Positions 26,414 to 33,496 of a stretch of 52,149 nt of DNA are shown piece by piece. This DNA comes from an uncultured bacterium. GTDB lineage: Bacteria > Sysuimicrobiota > Sysuimicrobiia > Sysuimicrobiales > Humicultoraceae. The stretch is taken from positions 1-52,149 of the forward strand of contig CAZGNA010000002.1 in assembly GCA_964526945.1 (NCBI GenBank). Reading direction: 5' to 3'. The notes under the pieces were generated by a model, which saw nothing but the letters and a program-made list of their open reading frames with translations, ran no database searches and was not told the DNA's origin. Positions within the stretch are counted from its first letter, which is position 1, and each line of letters opens with the position of its first letter. Made by a program: the position numbers and the translations under genes.

Positions 26414-27616
26414 TCACGCCGTCCCCCACACCGGCCGCAGGGTCTCCACGATCCGACGCGACGCCCCCGCCTGTGCCGGGATCACCGTCAGGGCCTCGGC
26501 CAGCGCCTGCCGTGCCGCCGGATTGCGCAGCAGGCCGGCCGCCTCGGCGGCGACCTCGGCTGGCGTCACCGCGCCGACCAGCTCGGGCATGATGCGTCGG
26601 CGCGCCCACATGTTGGGCAGCGCCACGTAGGGCGCGCGGCGCAGGTACTGCCGGGCCAGGAAGAGCTTCAACGCCGGGCCCACGCCCGGGATGCGGCTGA
26701 GCCACTCGATGACGCCCTCGGCGGGAATCTGCACCGAGAACGTCGTGGGGAGCACGACGATGCTGGGGATGCGGAGCAGCGCCAGCTCCAGCGTGTTCGT
26801 CCCCGGCAAGGTCAGCACCAGGGCGGCGCCCGCGATGGCCGCCCAGCCCCCGTCGTCGACGCGCACGCCGGCGGCATCCAGCCCCGGGCGGTACCGTGCG
26901 ACCAGCGCGTCGCGGACCGCGGGCGAGACGAAGGGCGAGACGACGATCACCGGCTCCACGTCCGGCACCTGCGCGCGCAACGTGGCCGCGGTCTCCACCC
27001 AGAACGGGAAGAACGCCGAGAAGACCGTGTCCCGGCTGCCCGCCAGGAACGCCACGCGCAGGCCAGACGCCCGCACCGCCGCCAGGCGGCCTCGCACGGC
27101 CTCCAGGGCGTCGCGGCGGGGGTCGCCGGTGATGGTGACCTTGGCCGCGGGCACGCCCCGGCGGCGCAGACGGTCGGCAATGGCCTCGGTGGGCACGAAG
27201 ATCCGCTCGTAGGCCCGGTGCTGGCGCGCGATGTGCGCCCGCTCCACGAACGCGAACGCCCGGGCGCGCCACCGCCGCGCCAGGCGCCGCGAGTACCAGA
27301 AGTCGCCGCCCACGTGCAGCACCGCGACCCGATCTGCAGGCCGCCAGTCGTGCAGCCCCAGGCCCAGGCGCAGCGTGGCCCGCGGGTCGAGCACGCGGTC
27401 GAACACGCCCGCGGCCGCGGCGGCCGCTGCCTCCTGCCCGCTGGCGAACTGGCACGGCGGCAGGCACAGGTGCACGGCCAGCGCGCGTCCAACCGCCTGG
27501 GCCCAGCGCCGCGCCTCGGCGGCGATCGGCACGGCCCAGCCGGCCACCTCGCCGGGACCGTTGCCCACGATCACCAGCGCGTGATGCGCCCCATTTTCTG
27601 ACGTGTTCTCTTTCAT
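26414..27616 (-). CDS. lpxB: lipid-A-disaccharide synthase-like glycosyltransferase (LpxB/GT19-like)
   Basis: 400 aa. 'LPGTNTLELALLRIPSIVV' and 'VALPNMWARRRIMPELVG' resemble the LpxB C-terminal nucleotide-sugar site. It is the first gene of the minus-strand operon. Confidence 0.65.
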   Translation of the reverse strand: MKENTSENGAHHALVIVGNGPGEVAGWAVPIAAEARRWAQAVGRALAVHLCLPPCQFASGQEAAAAAAAGVFDRVLDPRATLRLGLGLHDWRPADRVAVLHVGGDFWYSRRLARRWRARAFAFVERAHIARQHRAYERIFVPTEAIADRLRRRGVPAAKVTITGDPRRDALEAVRGRLAAVRASGLRVAFLAGSRDTVFSAFFPFWVETAATLRAQVPDVEPVIVVSPFVSPAVRDALVARYRPGLDAAGVRVDDGGWAAIAGAALVLTLPGTNTLELALLRIPSIVVLPTTFSVQIPAEGVIEWLSRIPGVGPALKLFLARQYLRRAPYVALPNMWARRRIMPELVGAVTPAEVAAEAAGLLRNPAARQALAEALTVIPAQAGASRRIVETLRPVWGTA

Positions 27617-27811
27617 ACTCCTCGGCTCATACTGCCCAGCTCATACTGCCCGGCTCATACTGCCCAGCTCATACTGCCCGGTTCATGCTCCCCGGCTCAT
27701 CTTCCCGGCCCATCTCCTTGGCTCGTCTCCTTGGCTCATCTCCTCGTCTGACACTCCTCGCCTCCTCGCTCGTGCTCCTCGGCTCATATTCCTCGCCTCG
27801 TCTTCCTCACG
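27611..27811 (-). repeat. degenerate 13-14-nt tandem repeat array (~14 units) forming overlapping mini-ORFs in the lpxB-like leader
   Basis: Four perfect copies of GCTCATACTGCCC[A/G] lie at 27625-27680. They are flanked by diverged copies such as GTTCATGCTCCCCG, GCTCATCTTCCCG, GCCCATCTCCTTG, GCTCGTCTCCTTG and GCTCATCTCCTCG. The sense strand reads (SD-like purine box)+ATGAGC. Confidence 0.95.
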
Positions 27812-27833
27812 CAACATGTCTTGCCAAGATTCC

Positions 27834-28673
27834 TCATGCTTCCACCTGGTATTCCTTCGCCTCATGCCCCTCCGGTCGCCCGTCCGCGGGCTGTGCGCCC
27901 GTGCGCTGGAAGCGGGCAAGGCGCCCGGCCCGTGCCACGGTCGCACGCTGCGTCTCCGTCTTTAGTGTCCGATCAGCCGGTCGCACCAGTGCGCCACGAA
28001 CTCCGCATCCTCCAGCGCCAGGGCGGCGTCGCGTTCCGCGTAGAGGTCCTGGGGCGCCCTCGCAGTGGTCTCGTCGCCGTAGAAGTCCGTTCGCGCTCGC
28101 GGGCCAGGCGACGATTGGGCCTCGGCCATCTCGTGGTTGGTCACAGCTCAAAGATCTCCCCGGCCGAAAGTCGGGCTTGAGGTCCCAATACCATGCCCGG
28201 CCCCTGCGTACGCGGCGGGCCCCCAACGCCGCCAGGCGCTCCCGCAGCCGCCCGAGGATCGTGGCAAAGAAGCCGTCACGGTCGTACAGCAGGTCCCCGT
28301 CCTCCACCATGTCGAGGTAGAGCAGGGTGATCCGCTGCGCCTCCTCTGGCGTCTTGAGGATGGGGCGGACGTCGGTCACGATCCCCTCGCGGCGCAAGCG
28401 CACCCGCTCGGGCTCGAGGCGCGCATCGGCCGCCTGGAGCACGTCGTGGCGGACCAGCTGGGAGGGCGGCAGCCCTTCGACCACGAGTAGCAGGTCGATG
28501 TCGGACACCGGACCTGCCTCTCCCCTGTCCCCCGATCCGAAGAGGACTGCCGAGACCAACGCCGGCCCCGCACTCTCCTGGAGGGCAGCCACGTACAGCC
28601 TGGCCAGATCGCGGAGCCGCTGCGCGAGCTCCGGCCCGTGAGGGCGGGTCACCGCGTGCATCGGTCTTACCAT
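27834..28673 (-). CDS. minimal nucleotidyltransferase (MNT, Pol-beta superfamily); the last ~100 codons look like frameshift read-through
   Basis: 'LFGSGDRGEAGPVSDIDLLLVV' NTase motif. The sequence after 'WYWDLKPDFRPG' becomes R/G/P-rich junk. Shifting one base at the C4 run 28158-28161 gives '...PGEIFEL*' with a stop at 28141-28143. Confidence 0.7.
   Translation of the reverse strand: MVRPMHAVTRPHGPELAQRLRDLARLYVAALQESAGPALVSAVLFGSGDRGEAGPVSDIDLLLVVEGLPPSQLVRHDVLQAADARLEPERVRLRREGIVTDVRPILKTPEEAQRITLLYLDMVEDGDLLYDRDGFFATILGRLRERLAALGARRVRRGRAWYWDLKPDFRPGRSLSCDQPRDGRGPIVAWPASANGLLRRRDHCEGAPGPLRGTRRRPGAGGCGVRGALVRPADRTLKTETQRATVARAGRLARFQRTGAQPADGRPEGHEAKEYQVEA
27962..28144 (-). pseudogene. 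HEPN-domain remnant (C-terminal third only), partner of the upstream MNT
   Basis: 60-aa ORF. Its tail 'APQDLYAERDAALALEDAEFVAHWCDRLI' resembles the last helix pair of HEPN proteins, but the Rx4-6H region is absent. GTG 28144 would overlap the corrected-frame MNT stop (GTGA). Confidence 0.35.
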
Positions 28674-28874
28674 ATCATACCCGGGTGTGGATACCCGTAC
28701 TTCGTCTGCCGATGCCCGCACCCGCGTGACGGTACCAGCGACCCGCGCGCCGAACGCTCCCGCAAGAGTGCGCCGGTGGCAGGAACGACCCTCAGGCGCC
28801 CGAATACCGCGAGAAGATCGCGTACAGCCCGCACCTGGGGACCACGGGACTGCGACCGCTCGGAGAGGTGTGGT

Positions 28875-30389
28875 GTGCGGTGGAGCCTGTTGCTGGCGCT
28901 CGGGCTGCTCCTGGTCGTCGCCGGCCGCGCCAGCGCCCAACCGATCCCGATCACCGTGGAGGCCGACGTCATCACCTATGACGCCGTCCAGCAGGTCGTC
29001 ACCGCACAGGGCAACGTTCGGACCACGTTCCGCCGCTACCGGCTGACCGCCGACGCCGCCCGCATGGACCTGCGGACCGGGGTGGTCACCGCGCGCGGCC
29101 GCGTTTTGCTGGTCGACGGCGAGGGCCGGCAGCTGCGGGGCGCGGCGTTGACGTACAACAGCCGCACCGACCAGGGCGTCCTCGAGCCCGTCGAGGGGCA
29201 CTTCGAGCAGCGGGTGTACCTGCGCGGGCAGCGGCTGGAGGCGACGCCGGCCCTGCTGGTGGCGCACGAGGCGACGGTGACCCCCTGCGACCCTGCGCAG
29301 CCGCTCTTCCGCGTGGTCGCCCGCCGCATCGAGATCGTCCCCGATCGCGAGGTCGTCGCGCACGACGCCAGCCTCTACCTGGGCACCCGGCGCCTGGTGA
29401 CGCTGCCCCGGTACGAGATCTCGCTGCAGCCTCCGGAGGTGCGCACGCAGTTCCCGGGCTTCGGCGCCAGCGCCGTCGAGGGACTCTGGGCCGACTACCG
29501 GTTCCCGCTCCGGGTCGGCGCCGCCCGCGGGCGCGTCCACCTGCGGGTCGGCACGCTTACGGGCCTGGCGGGCCTGGCCACGCTCACCTACGACGGGCCC
29601 CGCTACACCGCGTCGTTTCGCGTCGGCCGCACCCAGACCGTCGACGACCGCCCGAGCTTCGATGCGTTGCAGTACGATGTGGCCGAGGCGCAGGTGGCCA
29701 CCGCCAGCGCGCGCCTGGCGGGCCTGCCGCTGTCGTGGACCGCCACGGTGGCCGGCGGCTGGTACCGGGAGCTTGCCACCGGCACCGCCACGACGCGCCT
29801 CGACGGCCAGCTGCGTCTGGCCACCGACGTCTTCCCGCTGGGCGAGCGGCTGACCGTTGCCGCCTTTGCGGGCATCCGGGGTTCCGCCTACGGCACCGGC
29901 GCGGTGCGGACCGTCGCCTCGTACGGGGCGACGCTGACCTACCGCCTCGACCGGTTCACGACCGCGACCCTGGGTTACGGCCGCGACGTGGTGCGCGGCG
30001 CCACGCCGCTCCAGATCGACGTCGTAGACCCCGCCGACACCCTCAGCGTGCGCCTGACCCGCGTGGTGCCCGACCGCTACCGCGTCGCCGCCGGCATCGC
30101 CTGGAACGCCGCGCTGGCCGAGACCAAGTACAGCGCGTCGATCGGCGTGGTCGTCGCGCCCCGGTGGGAGCTGGGCCTGGCCGCCGTGTACAACACGCGG
30201 CTGGCCGCCTTCGAGGACATCGACTACACTGTCCGGTGGGTCTGCGACTGCGTGGACGTGGTGGTCGGTTACCGCCAGATGCGCCGGCAGGTCGTGCTCG
30301 AGGTCGGACTGTTCGGCCTGCCGCCGCGGGGCGATCCGTTCGTGCCCCGGACGCCGCTGCCCATGCGCACCTTCGAGCCCCAGCCATGA
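28875..30389 (+). CDS. LptD/OstA-like outer-membrane protein (short, ~504 aa)
   Basis: GGAGAGG RBS before GTG 28875. Signal 'VRWSLLLALGLLLVVAGRASAQP', then an OstA_N-like 'ITVEADVITYDAVQQVVTAQGNVRTTFRRYRLTADAARMD'. The long C-terminal region has alternating beta-strand patterns. Confidence 0.6.
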   Translation: MRWSLLLALGLLLVVAGRASAQPIPITVEADVITYDAVQQVVTAQGNVRTTFRRYRLTADAARMDLRTGVVTARGRVLLVDGEGRQLRGAALTYNSRTDQGVLEPVEGHFEQRVYLRGQRLEATPALLVAHEATVTPCDPAQPLFRVVARRIEIVPDREVVAHDASLYLGTRRLVTLPRYEISLQPPEVRTQFPGFGASAVEGLWADYRFPLRVGAARGRVHLRVGTLTGLAGLATLTYDGPRYTASFRVGRTQTVDDRPSFDALQYDVAEAQVATASARLAGLPLSWTATVAGGWYRELATGTATTRLDGQLRLATDVFPLGERLTVAAFAGIRGSAYGTGAVRTVASYGATLTYRLDRFTTATLGYGRDVVRGATPLQIDVVDPADTLSVRLTRVVPDRYRVAAGIAWNAALAETKYSASIGVVVAPRWELGLAAVYNTRLAAFEDIDYTVRWVCDCVDVVVGYRQMRRQVVLEVGLFGLPPRGDPFVPRTPLPMRTFEPQP

Positions 30390-30497
30390 CTGGTGGAGGC
30401 CACCCGGCGCGCCGTCAGTCAGTATCGCGGCTGGTATCGCCGCAGCGGCGGGTGCCGCCAGCGATGACTGGTGGAGGCCACCCGTCGCGCCGCAGTG
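30380..30497. repeat. ~40-bp direct repeat, two copies 78 bp apart, the first spanning the lptD-like stop codon
   Basis: ATGACTGGTGGAGGCCACCCG[G/T]CGCGCCG occurs at 30386-30414 and 30464-30492, with similar flanks (CCAGC[C/G] before, CAGT after). Confidence 0.9.
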
Positions 30498-30572
30498 CCG
30501 TGATGGTGTGCCGTCGCCCGAGGCGATTCGGGCCGCCGGGCGCGGAGGGAGGACCGTGCTGAGGACGTGGCC

Positions 30573-31943
30573 ATGAGCATCGCCGCCCAGATCTTTCGCG
30601 AGTACGACATCCGAGGGGTCGTGGGCACCGAGCTGTCCCCCGAGGTCGCCCGACGCATCGCGCGCGCCTACGCCGCCGAGCGCGGCCTGGCCGGACAGGC
30701 GGTCGTGCTGGGCCGCGACAACCGCACCCACTCGCCCGCGCTGGCCGCCGCCGTGGCCGAGGGCCTGGCCGCCTCCGGCTGTCGGGTGCTCGACCTCGGC
30801 ACCGTGATCACGCCCACGTTCTACTTCGCCCGCGTGCACTGGGAGGTCGACGGCGGGGTCATGGTCACCGCCAGCCACAATCCCCCCGAGTTCAACGGCT
30901 TCAAGCTGGCCGGCGGGTTCGGCACGTTGTACGGCGATCAAATCCAGGCCATCCGGCGGCGGGCCGTGCAGGGACCGTTCGTCGACGGCGCCGGCACCGT
31001 GGAGCCGCGCGACGCGACCGGGCCCTACCGGGCGATGCTGCGCGAGCGCATCCGCCTGGGCCCGCGCCGGGTGAAGGTCGTGCTCGACTGCGGCAACGGG
31101 ACGGCCAGCCTGGTGGCCCCGCAGGTCTTCGCCGACTGGGGCGTCGAGCTCGTCCCGCTCTACTGCGACTCCGACCCACGCTTTCCCCACCACCATCCCG
31201 ACCCCGTCGAGCCCCACAACCTGGCCGACCTCATCGCCGCCGTGCGCCGCGAGCGCGCGGACGTCGGCATCGGCCTCGACGGCGACGGCGACCGCATCGG
31301 CGTCGTGGACGACCAGGGGCAGATCGTCTGGGGCGACCGCCTCATGGTGCTCTACTGGCGCGAGATCATGCCCCGCTACCCCGGCGCGCAGGTCATCGTC
31401 GAGGTGAAGTGCTCGCAGGCCCTGGTGGAGGAGGTCCAGCGGCTGGGCGGGCAGCCGTTCTTCTACCGCACTGGGCACTCGCTCATCAAGGCCAAGATGC
31501 GCGAGATCGGCGCGGTCTTCACCGGCGAGATGTCGGGCCACATGTTCTTCGCCGACGAGTACTACGGCTACGACGACGCCGTCTACGCCGCCGGCCGCCT
31601 GCTGCGCATCCTCTCCCACACCGACCGGCCCCTGTCGGCGCTCCTTGCCGACGTGCCCCAGTACCCGGTCACCCCCGAGGTGCGCGTCGCCTGTCCCGAC
31701 GACCGGAAGTTCGCCGTGGTGGCGGCGCTCGTCGAGCAGTTCAAGCGTGACCACCAGGTGATCGACGTCGACGGCGCCCGGGTGCTGTTCCCCGACGGGT
31801 GGGGGCTCGTGCGGGCCAGCAACACCCAGCCGGTGCTGGTGCTGCGGGCCGAGGCGACCACCGAGGCGGGGCTGGCGCGGATCAAAGCGGCCATCGCGGA
31901 GGCGTTGCGGCGCTTCCCGGAGGTGGGGCAGCCGCGGTGGTGA
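30573..31943 (+). CDS. phosphomannomutase/phosphoglucomutase (alpha-D-phosphohexomutase family)
   Basis: 'IFREYDIRG', active-site 'TASHNPPEFNGFK', Mg site 'GLDGDGDR', 'GEMSGH'. GAGGA lies 7 nt before ATG 30573, and GTG 30567 is also in frame. Confidence 0.9.
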   Translation: MSIAAQIFREYDIRGVVGTELSPEVARRIARAYAAERGLAGQAVVLGRDNRTHSPALAAAVAEGLAASGCRVLDLGTVITPTFYFARVHWEVDGGVMVTASHNPPEFNGFKLAGGFGTLYGDQIQAIRRRAVQGPFVDGAGTVEPRDATGPYRAMLRERIRLGPRRVKVVLDCGNGTASLVAPQVFADWGVELVPLYCDSDPRFPHHHPDPVEPHNLADLIAAVRRERADVGIGLDGDGDRIGVVDDQGQIVWGDRLMVLYWREIMPRYPGAQVIVEVKCSQALVEEVQRLGGQPFFYRTGHSLIKAKMREIGAVFTGEMSGHMFFADEYYGYDDAVYAAGRLLRILSHTDRPLSALLADVPQYPVTPEVRVACPDDRKFAVVAALVEQFKRDHQVIDVDGARVLFPDGWGLVRASNTQPVLVLRAEATTEAGLARIKAAIAEALRRFPEVGQPRW

Positions 31944-32214
31944 GCGGCTAGTCGACGGTGGGCGCGCGGCAGTCCGAGCCGGCGACCGGGCGGGCTGCCC
32001 GTCGTCCGCCGTTACGCGGCGCGGAGCACGATGGCACAGACCACACGCGGCCCTGTGGCATCTGCTACCCGCGTCGTCGACTGGGAATGCCGCGTAATAC
32101 TGGCAGGAGATGCTCGATGTCGGTCCGGTGCGGTCATGCGACGCATCCCGTCCGCATCGGAGGGAGAGGGTCCGTTCTCTGTTTGCGGTGCAGTCCGCGT
32201 TTCGTGGGAAGCGC

Positions 32215-32243
32215 TTGAAGGAAAGTGGGTAGTCTCGTAGTAA
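32215..32243 (+). promoter_or_regulatory. candidate sigma70-type promoter of the glycan operon (TTGAAG-N17-TAGTAA)
   Basis: Hexamers at 32215-32220 and 32238-32243 with 17-nt spacing. They sit in the lower-GC 370-bp gap upstream of the first island gene. Pattern match only. Confidence 0.25.
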
Positions 32244-32316
32244 GAAGGGCGCTGGTGGAAGAGTCACAGCGATGCGGCCGCTCTTGGTTCGTGCCATTGA
32301 CGTGGTAGCGAGGTGA

Positions 32317-33486
32317 GCGGCGATAGCCACGACGCCCCACATTTCCGTCATTATTCCCGCGTATAATGAGGCGCTCGGCCTCCCCGTAGTCCTGCGACGG
32401 CTCTTCGCCGCCATCGATGGGCAGACCGAGGTAATCGTCGTCGACGACGGGTCTCGCGACAACACCGTGACCGTGGCACGGGAGTTCCCCTGCCGGGTAA
32501 TCACCCACGAGACCAATCGCGGCAAGGGGGCGGCGATCCGGACTGGGCTGCAGGTGGCTCGTGGCCGTTCGGTGATCATCATCGATGCGGACGATACCTA
32601 TCCCGCCGAGGTCGTGGCTCAGATCGCCGAGCTGCTGAACACCTACGACATGGTGGTGACGTCCAGAATCCATCGCGGGCACATCCCCTGGCTCAACCGT
32701 ATTGGGAACATGTTCTTTCGAGTGCTGATCCGAACCTTCTACGGCTTTTCCGGCCGGGATCCGTTGACGGGGTTGTACGGCATCCGGCGGGTGTGCCTTG
32801 AGCAGATGGATCTGAGCGCCGAGGGGTTCGACGTAGAGGCGGAGATCGCCGTCAAAGCTGCCCGGATGGGTCTGTCGATCTGTGATCTCCCCATCGCCTA
32901 TGGGCCGCGTCTGGGAGTAGCCAAGCTGCGCCCGCTTCACGACGGCCGGGCCATCTTCCGCACCGTCGTTCGACTGATGGCCCTCTACAATCCCACCCTT
33001 GCCTTCACGTGGCCGGGGGTCGGGCTGATGCTGGCTGGGATGGCTATCATCGTGGTGCGGTTGTGGGTAGGAGGGTTGGCCGCCGGGCTGCGGATGGGGC
33101 CGCACTCTGTGGTGCTGGGCGCCATGATGGTCCTCGCCGGACACCAGGCCGCGGCACTCGGGGCGCTGGTGCAGATCTATGCCACCCTCCACCGGTTCGC
33201 TCCGGAAACGGTCCTGACGAGGATCGTGCGCTGGCCCCACATTGGCAAGCTCATGGGGCTGGCAGGGCTGGGAGCGACTGGCCTGGGGCTCGGGCTGGGT
33301 GCGGACCTGTTTCGCGGGTGGGTCGCCGCCGGGCGCGGCGCGTTCCTCCAGACCGAAATGGCCGCCCTGTCGTCACTGTTGGTGGTGCTGGGTATCCAGC
33401 TGGTGTTCACGACGATCTGCTTCTCCGTGTTCCTCGGGGAACTCTCCCGCCGCAGCCGGGTGGCGCGGGACGTCACCGAGCAGTGA
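32317..33486 (+). CDS. GT2 polyprenyl-phosphate glycosyltransferase (Dpm1/GtrB/ArnC-like) with C-terminal TM segments; no canonical start in frame
   Basis: The frame is open from 32317 and encodes 'ISVIIPAYNE...VIVVDDGSRD...IIIDADDTYP', then 4 hydrophobic helices. The first ATG/GTG in frame is 32467, downstream of the AYNE and DDGS motifs. A GTG at 32313 lies in the adjacent frame. Confidence 0.8.
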   Translation, partial: AAIATTPHISVIIPAYNEALGLPVVLRRLFAAIDGQTEVIVVDDGSRDNTVTVAREFPCRVITHETNRGKGAAIRTGLQVARGRSVIIIDADDTYPAEVVAQIAELLNTYDMVVTSRIHRGHIPWLNRIGNMFFRVLIRTFYGFSGRDPLTGLYGIRRVCLEQMDLSAEGFDVEAEIAVKAARMGLSICDLPIAYGPRLGVAKLRPLHDGRAIFRTVVRLMALYNPTLAFTWPGVGLMLAGMAIIVVRLWVGGLAAGLRMGPHSVVLGAMMVLAGHQAAALGALVQIYATLHRFAPETVLTRIVRWPHIGKLMGLAGLGATGLGLGLGADLFRGWVAAGRGAFLQTEMAALSSLLVVLGIQLVFTTICFSVFLGELSRRSRVARDVTEQ

Positions 33487-33496
33487 CCATCACACG

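Noticed and set aside
27611-27811. The repeat array as a CRISPR array
   Set aside because: The units are 13-14 nt and directly adjacent with no unique spacers. No cas genes are nearby. This is a tandem repeat, not a CRISPR.
27603-27965. 120-aa plus-strand ORF and 87-aa minus-strand ORF (27683..27946) across the repeat array
   Set aside because: They are translations of a repeat whose period is not a multiple of 3, giving low-complexity, frame-dependent sequence. There is no independent coding signal.
31958-32240. Small plus-strand ORFs (86 aa and 69 aa) in the gap before the glycan operon
   Set aside because: They have no RBS, odd Cys/Arg-rich composition and no motifs. The region is more plausibly a promoter/leader.
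32362-32367. Perfect TATAAT hexamer that could serve a promoter for a GTG-32467 start
   Set aside because: It lies inside the codons for the conserved GT2 motif P-A-Y-N-E (gcg tat aat gag). It is therefore better explained as coding sequence.
27834-32582. 1582-aa minus-strand ORF spanning the lptD-like, phosphomannomutase and GT2 regions
   Set aside because: Only the last ~280 codons (the MNT gene and its read-through tail) are credible. The rest is antisense to well-supported plus-strand genes and is compositionally junk.
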